A stretch of DNA of 64,000 nucleotides from a phage, in the sequence record PZ445524.1; one strand, 5' to 3'. Below, one piece after another: positions 37,556 through 47,342 of the stretch. Positions within the stretch are counted from its first letter, which is position 1. Each line of letters starts with the position of its first letter. The position numbers and the translations under genes are program-made. Below the pieces are notes generated by a model that was given only the letters and a program-made list of their open reading frames with translations, was not told the DNA's origin and ran no database searches.

Positions 37556-38134
37556 TTAGGAATTACGGGCTGCATTAGCAACGGCATACGCGTACTGAAT
37601 ATTAGCGTCTTTAAACTTACCTTTAGAGGTATCTATTTCTGCCTTAAAGCCGCCTTTAGTCATAACATCGGCAAATTCTTTACGGAAAGCCATTGCATCA
37701 AGACCTTTCCATGATGATTTATGCTTAGCAAATTCAAGACCTGCGAAGTTAACAGCCTTAGCTAATTTATTATCAATAACCCATTTACCGGCTTTAGGCA
37801 CAAACTTCGGGCCTTTCTGTTTAGAGAACAGTTTTAAATTCCAGCGGCGAAGGTCTGCATCAGCTTTAACAAATTCTGAGTCTAAGTTACTAGCAACAAC
37901 ATCTTCAATATGAGCAAATTTAAGTCCGTCAACTTCAATATTTAAATCGGTACGCCAGCGAAGTCCTTCCCATGCGAAGGCTTTAAAGTCGGAAGCCTTT
38001 GTAGCTAAGTACCGTTCAATAGGAGCTGTTTTAGGGTCAAAGCCGTTTCCCGATCGGTAGGTCCACTCATCTTTGTTAATGCCTTTGGCCTTTACTACAG
38101 AAGCTTCGGCAATAAATTCTTGATATGTTTTCAT
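37556..38134 (-). CDS. ipIII: Internal protein III
   Basis: 192 aa beginning with the capsid-targeting leader MKTYQEFIAEA. Confidence 0.8.
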   Translation of the reverse strand: MKTYQEFIAEASVVKAKGINKDEWTYRSGNGFDPKTAPIERYLATKASDFKAFAWEGLRWRTDLNIEVDGLKFAHIEDVVASNLDSEFVKADADLRRWNLKLFSKQKGPKFVPKAGKWVIDNKLAKAVNFAGLEFAKHKSSWKGLDAMAFRKEFADVMTKGGFKAEIDTSKGKFKDANIQYAYAVANAARNS

Positions 38135-38150
38135 GCGTTTCCTTTAATTT

Positions 38151-38468
38151 TTATTCTTTAGGGAAGTTTTTAGAATATGCATCATAAAGCTTATTTCCAA
38201 TACGGCGGAAAACTCTAGCCGCAAAACGATTTTCTGGGTTTTTAATCATGATTTGCATCATATAAGTACCCGCGTCAGAAAGAGCTTCTTCATAGTACCC
38301 GTTAATTTCTTTAAGAGTCCTACGTTTACCACCAGGACCATCAACAGTGATTTTCCATTTACCTGTAGAAGTGCGACTTGGCGGCTCAACTTGTTCAATC
38401 CAAATATAACCGCCTTCTACACGTTGTCCTGCAGCAGATTCTGCAATAAATTCTTGATATGTTTTCAT
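38151..38468 (-). CDS. ipII: Internal protein II
   Basis: 105 aa beginning MKTYQEFIAES. Confidence 0.75.
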   Translation of the reverse strand: MKTYQEFIAESAAGQRVEGGYIWIEQVEPPSRTSTGKWKITVDGPGGKRRTLKEINGYYEEALSDAGTYMMQIMIKNPENRFAARVFRRIGNKLYDAYSKNFPKE

Positions 38469-38556
38469 GTGTTTCCTTTAAATATTTTAATTAGTAATTT
38501 GTCTCTTCAAGCAACTGTGAATATACTATCACAATTCTAGGAGAAAGTAAACAACT

Positions 38557-39087
<531 letters not shown>

Positions 39088-39528
39088 TTAAAAGAGGTTG
39101 TTCATTATTCGGTAAAGTGAAGGACCCATCACATATTGCCACTGAGTACGAGGAATAAGAGCAAAAGCGTCCATCTCTGGAATCATAACGCCATCTTTAT
39201 TTTCAAAATAAGACTCGCAACGGCAATTTCTAAACATCTCATGCTCTACTGGAATCGTATAATAAAATAACTGTAGGTCTTTATTACTAGAATATTTAAA
39301 TACACCTAGGTCTTCTAGAAGGTCTGGATTATAATTGCTAAAACCAGTCTCTTCTAAGCATTCTCTTCGTGCTGCATCTAATGCGCTTAAATCAGAACAT
39401 TCTACACGACCTTTTGGAATATCCCAACGATGTGCCATCATTCCAGGCTTACGAGAACCAGTAACCCGACCCATAAATAAATCTTTATCTTCTGTCATAA
39501 AGATAATACCAGCTGATAATGTTTTCAT
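39088..39528 (-). CDS. nudE: Nudix hydrolase NudE
   Basis: Nudix box (RECLEETGF); ATG at 39526-39528 with AGGAA SD; track extends to a TTG at 39543. Confidence 0.85.
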   Translation of the reverse strand: MKTLSAGIIFMTEDKDLFMGRVTGSRKPGMMAHRWDIPKGRVECSDLSALDAARRECLEETGFSNYNPDLLEDLGVFKYSSNKDLQLFYYTIPVEHEMFRNCRCESYFENKDGVMIPEMDAFALIPRTQWQYVMGPSLYRIMNNLF

Positions 39529-39887
39529 TTTAATTTCCTGCAATCACTCACAAACTCTTTCATTGATTCATTTTCAATATAAGACATGTAGCTATTATAT
39601 TCCTTTAATTGTATTTTGTAATCCTTTTTTCTTTGCCAATTTATTTTAAAATTATCATAATGAAAATATAGCATGATACCAAAGAATGAAAATAATGAAA
39701 TCGCTATAGTAAAACGAAGTTCACTCCAAACCTCTGTTATAATTACTGTGCCGTCGATGTTTAAAATAAGACAGTCAATTAACAATCCAAAAAGACTACC
39801 TGCAAGAGCTGCAGCCAACGCCACAGCAAAAATTAAAAATGACTCAGGAAACGAATATTTGACTTTATTTAATTTTGGCTTTTGCAT
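39525..39887 (-). CDS. Small membrane protein
   Basis: 120 aa with two predicted transmembrane helices. Confidence 0.5.
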   Translation of the reverse strand: MQKPKLNKVKYSFPESFLIFAVALAAALAGSLFGLLIDCLILNIDGTVIITEVWSELRFTIAISLFSFFGIMLYFHYDNFKINWQRKKDYKIQLKEYNSYMSYIENESMKEFVSDCRKLK

Positions 39888-40261
39888 CGTGATTCCTTAA
39901 CAAATTTCATAATTTCATTAAATTCATACATATCAAGTTTAAGCTGATGTTCCCTTTTAATCTTTTTACATTGGGCTTTCCAATCGCGTACACGTTTACG
40001 ATAATGTCTTCCTTGATACCAATATCCTATCCAGTTTACAGGTACTAATAAAAATGGAACTATTAATGGAAGAATTAGCATTAACACAAGTATTTCGCCA
40101 GAATCAATATCAGTCATAACATCTAAAACACCTCCAATAATCAATAGAATTACAAATGATATGAGTATCACAGGACCTATTAATACATCAGTAGAAATTA
40201 TCTGACGCTTTAATTCATACTTCAACGGTTTACTTGGAAGGTATAGTGATGGTTTTGACAT
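39869..40261 (-). CDS. Small membrane protein
   Basis: Track start is TTG; ATG at 40259-40261; two hydrophobic helices. Confidence 0.45.
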   Translation of the reverse strand: MSKPSLYLPSKPLKYELKRQIISTDVLIGPVILISFVILLIIGGVLDVMTDIDSGEILVLMLILPLIVPFLLVPVNWIGYWYQGRHYRKRVRDWKAQCKKIKREHQLKLDMYEFNEIMKFVKESRCKSQN

Positions 40262-40838
40262 ATTCTCTACATTCCTTAACAAATTTTTCTAGTAATAAAT
40301 CACTTTCAAAATTAGGATTTTCCACTAATTTATCAAAAAGACCATCAACAATATTCAAGATATTTCTTTTACTAAGAATACGTTTATTTTCATGCTTCGT
40401 TTCAGAATCAACTATAAGAGTAAAGAAATATTTCTTTCCCTGAAATTTTACTGTAGTATCAATATAGAATAAATTTGACTTTTGTAAGTTACGTTTAAAC
40501 CATGCGTCACTTAAACTATAAACACCGAGATAATCAAAATCGTCGTTTAAATAACAAACTGTCCATTCAGGGGAAATGAAATCAGTAAATTCAACATCAA
40601 AATCACATGTCAATAAATGAATTGATTCAATGCTGTTAATAAGTATTCCAGGACGTATTAAAGACTTTTTACCTCTGGAAAATCTTCCAGAAAGACTTTC
40701 ATCAGTTTCATATGAAGAACCCCAATAATAATTACGTCCTTCTGCCATACGTTTAAGAGCATTTAGCAATTGGTCTGGAACATCAACTTGCCTTTGGAAC
40801 TCTTCAAACATTGAATTGAAATCACTTTGCATTTTCAT
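40230..40838 (-). CDS. Hypothetical protein
   Basis: 202-aa ORF. Confidence 0.5.
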   Translation of the reverse strand: MKMQSDFNSMFEEFQRQVDVPDQLLNALKRMAEGRNYYWGSSYETDESLSGRFSRGKKSLIRPGILINSIESIHLLTCDFDVEFTDFISPEWTVCYLNDDFDYLGVYSLSDAWFKRNLQKSNLFYIDTTVKFQGKKYFFTLIVDSETKHENKRILSKRNILNIVDGLFDKLVENPNFESDLLLEKFVKECREYVKTITIPSK

Positions 40839-40859
40839 TCCTATTTACTCCAAGTAATA

Positions 40860-40873
40860 GGGGCCGAAGCCCC
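40860..40873 (-). terminator. Hairpin ggggc-cgaa-gcccc
   Basis: UUCG-loop hairpin 7 nt after the stop of the 197-aa gene. Confidence 0.45.
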
Positions 40874-40879
40874 TTATCA

Positions 40880-41473
40880 TTATTTCAGAGAATTAATATA
40901 TTCCTGAACATCGGCAGAGGTAGTTTCAACCCCAGAAATATTGCCATTAAATGTTTCAACTCGAGCAAGAGTATCTTCAATATCAACCTTAGTCAGTGCT
41001 GCAATTTCAACTACATCATCAGCAGTACTAATTCCAAGTGCATTCGCTGCACGAGTTTCACGGATATATTCCAATTTAACTGCAAGTTCTTGGCGAGCAT
41101 CATCTAACTCAACTACTTTCTTAGCGATTTCAATTCGCATTTCAGCATAACCATCAGCTTTAGTAGTCAGCTGTTCAGCTGTTCGACGATATAGCAAACC
41201 GAGTTTAGCATGCATTGTTACATCTTGACCTTCGGAAAGAAGCTTGCGAATTTCACGCTCTTTTGATTCAGCCTGCTTATTCTTTTCGACAATAAGTTCA
41301 CGAATACGCTTTTCTTCATTAATAGATTTAACAGAAGCAGTTTTTAGATCTTTAATTTTATCAAGCAGTTTTGCTGCTGCGGCAGTATACTGTTCTTCAA
41401 CAGATAAATTTTTAGCCATAGCAGAACCAAGTTTAGTGCGAATAAACTCAACAATTTTCTTCAGTGTGTTCAT
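40880..41473 (-). CDS. All-alpha coiled-coil protein
   Basis: 197 aa, heptad-rich and charged throughout. Confidence 0.5.
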
Positions 41474-41516
41474 AGTATTTCCTTAGGTTAATTAAGATTT
41501 AAAATCCATGAGAGTA

Positions 41517-41693
41517 TTATACTCCGGATAGGTTGTAAACTATTTCAACATCGCCTTTTGCTGCTTTATAACCTTCAGCCCAAGATACAACCGAGTTTTT
41601 ATCCGAAGATTCAAATTCTGGCATTGGGCTTTCGCCAATGTTCACGCAGTATGTTTCTTCATTTTCGTCAAACCAAATAATTAAAGTAGTCAT
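41517..41693 (-). CDS. Hypothetical small protein (58 aa)
   Basis: Found by hand: MTTLIIWFDENEETYCVNIGESPMPEF... Confidence 0.3.
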   Translation of the reverse strand: MTTLIIWFDENEETYCVNIGESPMPEFESSDKNSVVSWAEGYKAAKGDVEIVYNLSGV

Positions 41694-41762
41694 TTATTTC
41701 TCCGTTTTCTGTATTTGTTTTGATAAGTCTATAATAACACCGTCCTTGGCGTTTGTACACAA

Positions 41763-42026
41763 TTATTTCATATTATTGAAATATTCTTCTGCGATTTCAT
41801 CGTTATCATGGTAAACTTTAGAAGACAGTTTAACATAACCTTCAGCAGTGAACATGTTAATCACAACCTTTACAGTATACCACTGACCATCTTCATTACC
41901 CATTACTGCGTAAGTTTCAAACATCGGATGGTCAGGACCGATAACTTTAATATCATTCACTGTACGACCAAAATCTTCTGAAACACATTTCATAAAGAAG
42001 TTGAACAGTTCACCGTAATTATCCAT
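41763..42026 (-). CDS. Hypothetical protein
   Basis: Track start is TTG; ATG at 42024-42026 preceded by the same GGAGAATAAA leader seen at 27890 and 2067. Confidence 0.45.
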   Translation of the reverse strand: MDNYGELFNFFMKCVSEDFGRTVNDIKVIGPDHPMFETYAVMGNEDGQWYTVKVVINMFTAEGYVKLSSKVYHDNDEIAEEYFNNMK

Positions 42027-42063
42027 TTTATTCTCCAAGTTGTTTTCTGTATCAGTAGTTGAT

Positions 42064-42100
42064 AGTTGTATAGTACCATGGAAGAACAGGGATGTAAACA
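42064..42100 (-). promoter_or_regulatory. T4-type early promoter cassette (near-identical copy of 2100-2136)
   Basis: About 80 bp nearly identical to 2088-2165. Confidence 0.5.
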
Positions 42101-42227
42101 GTTTTGTGAAAAATTTTTAGGGAATTCTAGGGCGGGGAGGGGCAATTAAAAGATAGGATAATATATTATAAAGGGTATAAACTAAATGACGCCTAGAGAG
42201 GTCTGGAAAGGCCTAGATACCAAAAAG

Positions 42228-42246
42228 CCCTATCATTTAGATAGGG
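42228..42246 (-). terminator. Intrinsic terminator ccctatc-loop-gataggg with U-tract
   Basis: 7-bp stem then CUUUUUG on the minus strand, 9 nt after the stop of the 187-aa gene. Confidence 0.5.
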
Positions 42247-42254
42247 ATTTAAAA

Positions 42255-42818
42255 TTATTTACCTAGTTTAGCTATTATAGCTTCGGCAGCAGCTTTTAGC
42301 TTAGATGCAGTGTTAATACGATTTTTAATTTCAGTATAAGCATCGCCAAGAACATCAAGGCTATCAGAATAAACACTTACACTATTGCGTTCGCTATTTG
42401 AAATAGAACCTTTAGTTTTACGATCAAAATCGGTATACACGTCTTGAAGATCGCGGGCTGCCTTCTTTGCATCATCCAATGCATCAAGAGCTTTATTCAA
42501 AGCATTAACATATTTTTTAGTGTCAAACATATTCTTAGAAATTTTGACAGGTGCGCGTTCAGGAGTAGCTAAGGCAGATTTAGGAACCTGTTTACCAGAT
42601 GCCAGTTTCTTAGAAATTTTGAAAAATGCTTTATTGAAATTATTTTCTTGACTCATCGTAAAAGAACTATTATCGATGTTATACATTTCAATAGCTTTAG
42701 CTTTCCACTTAAGAAAATCGCCCCGGTCTTTTGGGTCCAAGTGGAAGAATACTTTAGTAAGATCTGCTTCAGATGGTAATTTTGCTGCTTCGGTTAAAAA
42801 TTCTGCATAGGTTTTCAT
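42255..42818 (-). CDS. Internal-protein-like protein with capsid-targeting leader (187 aa)
   Basis: N-terminus MKTYAEFLTEAAK follows the MKT(Y/F)xEF(I/L)xE leader pattern of T4 internal proteins. Confidence 0.55.
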   Translation of the reverse strand: MKTYAEFLTEAAKLPSEADLTKVFFHLDPKDRGDFLKWKAKAIEMYNIDNSSFTMSQENNFNKAFFKISKKLASGKQVPKSALATPERAPVKISKNMFDTKKYVNALNKALDALDDAKKAARDLQDVYTDFDRKTKGSISNSERNSVSVYSDSLDVLGDAYTEIKNRINTASKLKAAAEAIIAKLGK

Positions 42819-42897
42819 TTAAAATCCTTGAAATAATTTATTGGTTATTAATTATTTATTATTGTAACAGCATTCTCCGAGTGATTCAAACTAAAAA

Positions 42898-42919
42898 GCC
42901 CCAACCTTTCGGTCGGGGC
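42898..42919 (-). terminator. Intrinsic terminator closing the tRNA/stable-RNA operon
   Basis: mRNA GCCCCGACC-GAAA-GGUUGGGGC then UUUUU. Confidence 0.55.
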
Positions 42920-42925
42920 TAAGCC

Positions 42926-43236
42926 TTGCGGCAACCTTGTCGGGGTTCCACCTGCTAAGGCAAGTGTTTGTACGAAACGCCGGGACTTGAACCCGGTTAT
43001 TGAGTAGTTGACGCTACTCAATATTTTTAAAAGGCCATATCTCGACCATATCCGAACGTTCCGTCAAAAACGCTACTCGGCTTATGGCAAAGATATTTCC
43101 TCGAATCGATAATTCGGTGCGCCGTTTCTGCTGTGATGTAAGGGGATATTAACAAATCGTAAAGATTTATTAAGACCAGTCCTTACTCAGGGAACATCAG
43201 TCCGACGACTTACCGGTAGCGACCCGGTTTCTTGTC
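42926..43236 (-). ncRNA. Stable small RNA region downstream of tRNA-Arg (T4 rnaC/rnaD equivalent), boundaries unresolved
   Basis: No ORF; lies between tRNA-Arg and the terminator; contains a 9-bp hairpin and a T-arm-like GGGTTCAAGTCCC element. Confidence 0.4.
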
Positions 43237-43313
43237 TGGTCGAGGCAGAAGGATTCTAACCTTCAACCTACGGATTAGAAATCCGTTGCTCTATACAATT
43301 GAGCTATGCCCCG
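43237..43313 (-). tRNA. tRNA-Arg (anticodon UCU), CCA encoded
   Basis: Cloverleaf built by hand: acceptor CGGGGCA/TGCCTCG, anticodon loop TTTCTAA, T-loop GTTAGAATCC. Confidence 0.85.
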
Positions 43314-43316
43314 TAA

Positions 43317-43982
43317 TTAAAATTTCATTTTTCGACCTTTAAACCATCCTTCTGGAATTGGGTCAGTTTTCTTAATACGTTTAGAAACTTTTTCATCTAA
43401 TGAATGAATCCACATCATACCAAATTGGGAATTCTTTTCGCCCTGTTGATGTTTATTTCTGGCGTGAGATTCTTTCATTTTATTAATAGTTTCAGGAGTA
43501 TGATGCTTATTTAAAAATCTGCTATTATTTAAAAATTTTTCCCTGTATTCAGGAGTTGACCACAAGCGTTTAAATACATTTGAACCATGTTTACGATATT
43601 TTTCTTGAAGTAAAATATCATTTTTAAAACGTGACTTAAACGATTTAGCTCCTTTTAAGCTAGCATCTTTCTTCTGGTTTAGCATCCCAGGAATATTTAC
43701 ATGATCCCATCCACCTTCACCACCAAGTTTTAAATTATACACATCTGGTCTATTTAAAAACTCTTCTGTGACAATATTTTTCTCGGCTTCAAGCATAGAT
43801 TCTTTATCATCAAAATACTCTAATATTTCTTTAGAAAAATTTTCTATACCATATTTATCTTGGGCTCTTTTTAATAATTTACCAGAACCCATATATCCAT
43901 CATCTAAATTTTCGGTAGAATGCGCACCAATATAAATTTTATTATTAATTTTATTTGTTATTTTATAAGTGTAATGGAACAT
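43317..43982 (-). CDS. segB: GIY-YIG homing endonuclease SegB
   Basis: 221 aa; GIY-YIG motif (YTYKITNKINNKIYIGAHST); sits between tRNA subclusters as in T4. Confidence 0.85.
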   Translation of the reverse strand: MFHYTYKITNKINNKIYIGAHSTENLDDGYMGSGKLLKRAQDKYGIENFSKEILEYFDDKESMLEAEKNIVTEEFLNRPDVYNLKLGGEGGWDHVNIPGMLNQKKDASLKGAKSFKSRFKNDILLQEKYRKHGSNVFKRLWSTPEYREKFLNNSRFLNKHHTPETINKMKESHARNKHQQGEKNSQFGMMWIHSLDEKVSKRIKKTDPIPEGWFKGRKMKF

Positions 43983-44023
43983 AAATATCTCCTATTTCTA
44001 AGAGTATTTATGTTCCCAAAATA

Positions 44024-44095
44024 TGGCCCTGGGTGGAATTGAACCACCATCTGGCGATTATGAGTCGCTTGCTTGAACCTTCCAGCTACAGGGCC
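44024..44095 (-). tRNA. tRNA-Ile (anticodon CAU), CCA not encoded
   Basis: Acceptor GGCCCTG/CAGGGCC; anticodon loop CTCATAA; T-loop GGTTCAATTCC. Confidence 0.8.
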
Positions 44096-44096
44096 T

Positions 44097-44172
44097 TGGT
44101 GCTGATTGACGGAATCGAACCGCCGACCTTCTCATTACAAGTGAGTTGCTCTACCTACTGAGCTAAATCAGC
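44097..44172 (-). tRNA. tRNA-Thr (anticodon UGU), CCA encoded
   Basis: Acceptor GCTGATT/AATCAGC; anticodon loop CTTGTAA; T-loop GGTTCGATTCC. Confidence 0.85.
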
Positions 44173-44174
44173 AA

Positions 44175-44261
44175 CGGAGGCGATAGGATTTGAACCTATG
44201 AGTCGCCGGAGCGACTGCCGGTTTTCAAGACCGGTGCATTAAACCACTCTGCCACGCCTCC
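44175..44261 (-). tRNA. tRNA-Ser (anticodon UGA), long variable arm, CCA not encoded
   Basis: Acceptor GGAGGCG/CGCCTCC with G discriminator; anticodon loop CTTGAAA; long extra arm. Confidence 0.85.
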
Positions 44262-44263
44262 AG

Positions 44264-44337
44264 TCTCCGCGGCAGGATTTGAACCTGCGACATTCTGCTC
44301 CCAAAGCAGACGCTCTACCAAACTGAGCTACACGGAG
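44264..44337 (-). tRNA. tRNA-Pro (anticodon UGG), CCA not encoded
   Basis: Anticodon stem TCTGC/GCAGA with loop TTTGGGA; T-loop GGTTCAAATCC. Confidence 0.85.
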
Positions 44338-44347
44338 TAAATTAAAT

Positions 44348-44421
<74 letters not shown>

Positions 44422-44426
44422 AAATT

Positions 44427-44513
44427 TGGTGCGAGAAGTGGGACTCGAACCCACAAGGAAATCATTCCGCAGCATTTTAAGTGCTGTGCCTTTACCAATT
44501 TGACCATTCTCGC
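44427..44513 (-). tRNA. tRNA-Leu (anticodon UAA), long variable arm, CCA encoded
   Basis: Acceptor GCGAGAA/TTCTCGC; anticodon loop CTTAAAA; long extra arm. Confidence 0.85.
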
Positions 44514-44514
44514 G

Positions 44515-44587
44515 CTGGGAATAAAGGACTCGAACCTTTGCATCCTGGAATCAAAATCCAGTGCCTTACCAACTTGGCTAATTCCCA
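44515..44587 (-). tRNA. tRNA-Gln (anticodon UUG), CCA not encoded
   Basis: Acceptor TGGGAAT/ATTCCCA; anticodon loop TTTTGAT; only 1 nt separates it from tRNA-Leu. Confidence 0.85.
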
Positions 44588-44656
44588 ATTATTAACAAAG
44601 GCTCTCTAACAAGAACCCTTGATGATAGAGGGTATTAATCAGTGCGGTATGAGTTA

Positions 44657-44681
44657 ATAATAACAAATAATTCTTAAAGCA
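44657..44681 (-). promoter_or_regulatory. Candidate MotA-dependent middle promoter for the tRNA operon
   Basis: Minus strand aTGCTTTAa (MotA-box-like), 12 nt, TATTAT, about 70 nt upstream of tRNA-Gln. Confidence 0.4.
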
Positions 44682-44684
44682 TAT

Positions 44685-44972
44685 TTACCATTTATGATGA
44701 TATGTATTTACGATACATTCAAGACCCAAAGGATTCTTGAAAATATCATATTCAAGAGGACCTTTTTCCGTTTCAATAAAGAAATCAAAATTTACTGTAT
44801 TAAATTTACGGTCTTCCTTTACTAATTTAACTTGAGAAGATGAACGGTCAATGTAAACCTTTTCAACTTCAAAACATGTTAAAATTCCATAATCATCAAT
44901 CAAGGCTTTAGCTGCGTCTTGATCATATTTATATCCATTTTCAATGGACGATACTTTCGCATAAAGAATCAT
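44685..44972 (-). CDS. Hypothetical protein
   Basis: 95-aa ORF upstream of the tRNA cluster. Confidence 0.45.
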   Translation of the reverse strand: MILYAKVSSIENGYKYDQDAAKALIDDYGILTCFEVEKVYIDRSSSQVKLVKEDRKFNTVNFDFFIETEKGPLEYDIFKNPLGLECIVNTYHHKW

Positions 44973-44974
44973 TA

Positions 44975-45385
44975 TCAGCCTCTATCAACAATAGCATGAG
45001 TATGGGCATTTACAATTTGCCACCAATCGAAACGATTGGAACCATAATCTGGTTTATTTTCATTTTCTTTAATGATATCACGCAGTTTATCTTCTGTTTC
45101 AGCATACGCAATTAAATCATCATATCCGCCACAAGGATAATAATTATCACCTGCGAATAAAAGAAAATTTACCTTAGATGGATTTACGTAATAATGGTCT
45201 TTAGGATATTTAGTTCCTCTCCAATCAGTTACTTCAACATAACGGTAAGAAAATCCATTTTTACTTTCAATCCAACTCCACGCTTCAAAAGGAGTATTAA
45301 AAACTTTATCAGGTATTAAATTACCTTCAAAATGAGAAGGATTTGCATAATCCCCAGCATAAACATAGTATTCGTTAATACTCAT
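44975..45385 (-). CDS. Hypothetical aromatic-rich protein
   Basis: 136-aa ORF rich in Tyr and Trp. Confidence 0.5.
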   Translation of the reverse strand: MSINEYYVYAGDYANPSHFEGNLIPDKVFNTPFEAWSWIESKNGFSYRYVEVTDWRGTKYPKDHYYVNPSKVNFLLFAGDNYYPCGGYDDLIAYAETEDKLRDIIKENENKPDYGSNRFDWWQIVNAHTHAIVDRG

Positions 45386-45571
45386 CTATTCACCTTTAGA
45401 AATTTTATCCATAACAATAGCGATTAAACCAATTAAAAATGCTACTACAAGTGAAAACACATTTTCTGATGTAGTTAATAATCCGCATATAAATCCAACA
45501 AACATTGAAAAACTAAAAGCGGAAGCAGAAATTGCAATAGCAACATTTCGAATTAATTCACAACGTTTCAT
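45386..45571 (-). CDS. Small two-helix membrane protein (61 aa)
   Basis: ATG at 45569-45571 with GAGGAG SD (MKRCELIRNVAIAISASAFSF...); two hydrophobic segments. Confidence 0.45.
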   Translation of the reverse strand: MKRCELIRNVAIAISASAFSFSMFVGFICGLLTTSENVFSLVVAFLIGLIAIVMDKISKGE

Positions 45572-45632
45572 TTTATTCTCCTCAGTAGTTGATAGGGTAA
45601 TAATATCACTATTAAAACCCAATGTAAACAAT

Positions 45633-45857
45633 TTATTCAACACCAGCGGCTTTCAAAAGTTTTTTAAGATTGGCAACACCTTGAGCAGAAAATGTGACCT
45701 TGCCACCTTTTTCACTGATAGAACCAACCAATTTAGCAAGTTTATCATTAGGAATTTTTTTAAAATCAGCCAATGTTCCATCAAAGGTTTTTGAAACAAA
45801 AGGCAGTTCGTCTTCATGTCTTTTAGCTTCTGCAATAAATTCTTGATATGTTTTCAT
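45633..45857 (-). CDS. ipI: Internal protein I-like (capsid-targeted, 74 aa)
   Basis: Starts MKTYQEFIAEAKRH (ATG 45855-45857); in the T4 ipI position upstream of 57B. Body not verified against T4 IPI. Confidence 0.6.
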   Translation of the reverse strand: MKTYQEFIAEAKRHEDELPFVSKTFDGTLADFKKIPNDKLAKLVGSISEKGGKVTFSAQGVANLKKLLKAAGVE

Positions 45858-45892
45858 TTTAGTTTCCATTTGGATGTTTTGTTTTGATAGGG

Positions 45893-45926
45893 TAATAATA
45901 TCACCACCCTATCTAAAAGTAAACAG
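45893..45926 (-). promoter_or_regulatory. T4-type early promoter of the ipI-like gene
   Basis: Minus strand GTTTAC, about 18 nt, TGATATTAT within the conserved ttttgatagggtaata element. Confidence 0.45.
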
Positions 45927-45934
45927 TTTATAAA

Positions 45935-46243
45935 CTATTTTATTCCGCGTGATGCAATTGTGTTCTGTCGTTTAACACCAGTTTGTTTAAAGTCATGATT
46001 GTCGATTTGATCGGTACGAGCAACTCCGAATGATGATTTGATTTTAGCTTTAGATCCTTTAGTTATAGAAATAAACATCTCGGAAGCCCCTTTCTTAAAG
46101 TCCGAGGCGATTACTTCAACGCCGTTCTTAGCAAGTGACTTCAGAATTGCCTCTGCATACTCATCGTCAAGACTCGTCTGAGTATTAATAACGAATGTCT
46201 TTGGCGCAGCCGCTTCATTGATAAATTCTTTAAATGTTTTCAT
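45935..46243 (-). CDS. Internal-protein-like protein with capsid-targeting leader (102 aa)
   Basis: Starts MKTFKEFINEAAA; basic body. Confidence 0.55.
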   Translation of the reverse strand: MKTFKEFINEAAAPKTFVINTQTSLDDEYAEAILKSLAKNGVEVIASDFKKGASEMFISITKGSKAKIKSSFGVARTDQIDNHDFKQTGVKRQNTIASRGIK

Positions 46244-46271
46244 TTTATTTTCCTAATTAATTTTGATAGGG

Positions 46272-46305
46272 TAATAGTATCACTACTAAAACCACATGTA
46301 AACAA
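46272..46305 (-). promoter_or_regulatory. T4-type early promoter (IP cassette)
   Basis: Minus strand GTTTAC, 18 nt, TGATACTAT; the 5' leader is nearly identical to that of the next gene. Confidence 0.45.
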
Positions 46306-46315
46306 CTTTGTGAAA

Positions 46316-46573
46316 TTATTTTAAATCTTCTAATCGTTTCTTCATCTTAGAACCGTTCTTAGCGATTTCGCCTGCATCAGAGCATAATGCTAAAAGCGCT
46401 TTAACTTTAGTTTGGTCTCCTTTAAAAGATGAAGGATCCACAGCAGCAGCAAGTTCTTTAATACGAGAGAAAAGACGCTCAGCTTCAGCTAAAGCCATTC
46501 CAAGCTTTACTTCCATACCGTGGGAAGATTCAGTGATAGTAGTTTTTGTAGCAAACTCTTTGAAAGTTTTCAT
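46316..46573 (-). CDS. Internal-protein-like protein with capsid-targeting leader (85 aa)
   Basis: Starts MKTFKEFATKTTITE. Confidence 0.55.
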   Translation of the reverse strand: MKTFKEFATKTTITESSHGMEVKLGMALAEAERLFSRIKELAAAVDPSSFKGDQTKVKALLALCSDAGEIAKNGSKMKKRLEDLK

Positions 46574-46601
46574 TTTATTTTCCTAATTAATTTTGATGAG
46601 G

Positions 46602-46635
46602 TAATAGTATCACTACCTCATCAGTATGTAAACAA
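46602..46635 (-). promoter_or_regulatory. T4-type early promoter (IP cassette)
   Basis: Same element as 46272-46305 with a few substitutions. Confidence 0.45.
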
Positions 46636-46645
46636 CTTTGTGAAA

Positions 46646-47342
<697 letters not shown>

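Noticed and set aside
42101-42220. G-rich tract gggcggggaggggc and neighbouring tataaag/tataaac motifs as a possible late promoter or structured RNA
   Set aside because: No exact TATAAATA on either strand, no ORF and no convincing fold by eye; likely just spacer between the early promoter cassette and the terminator of the 187-aa IP gene.
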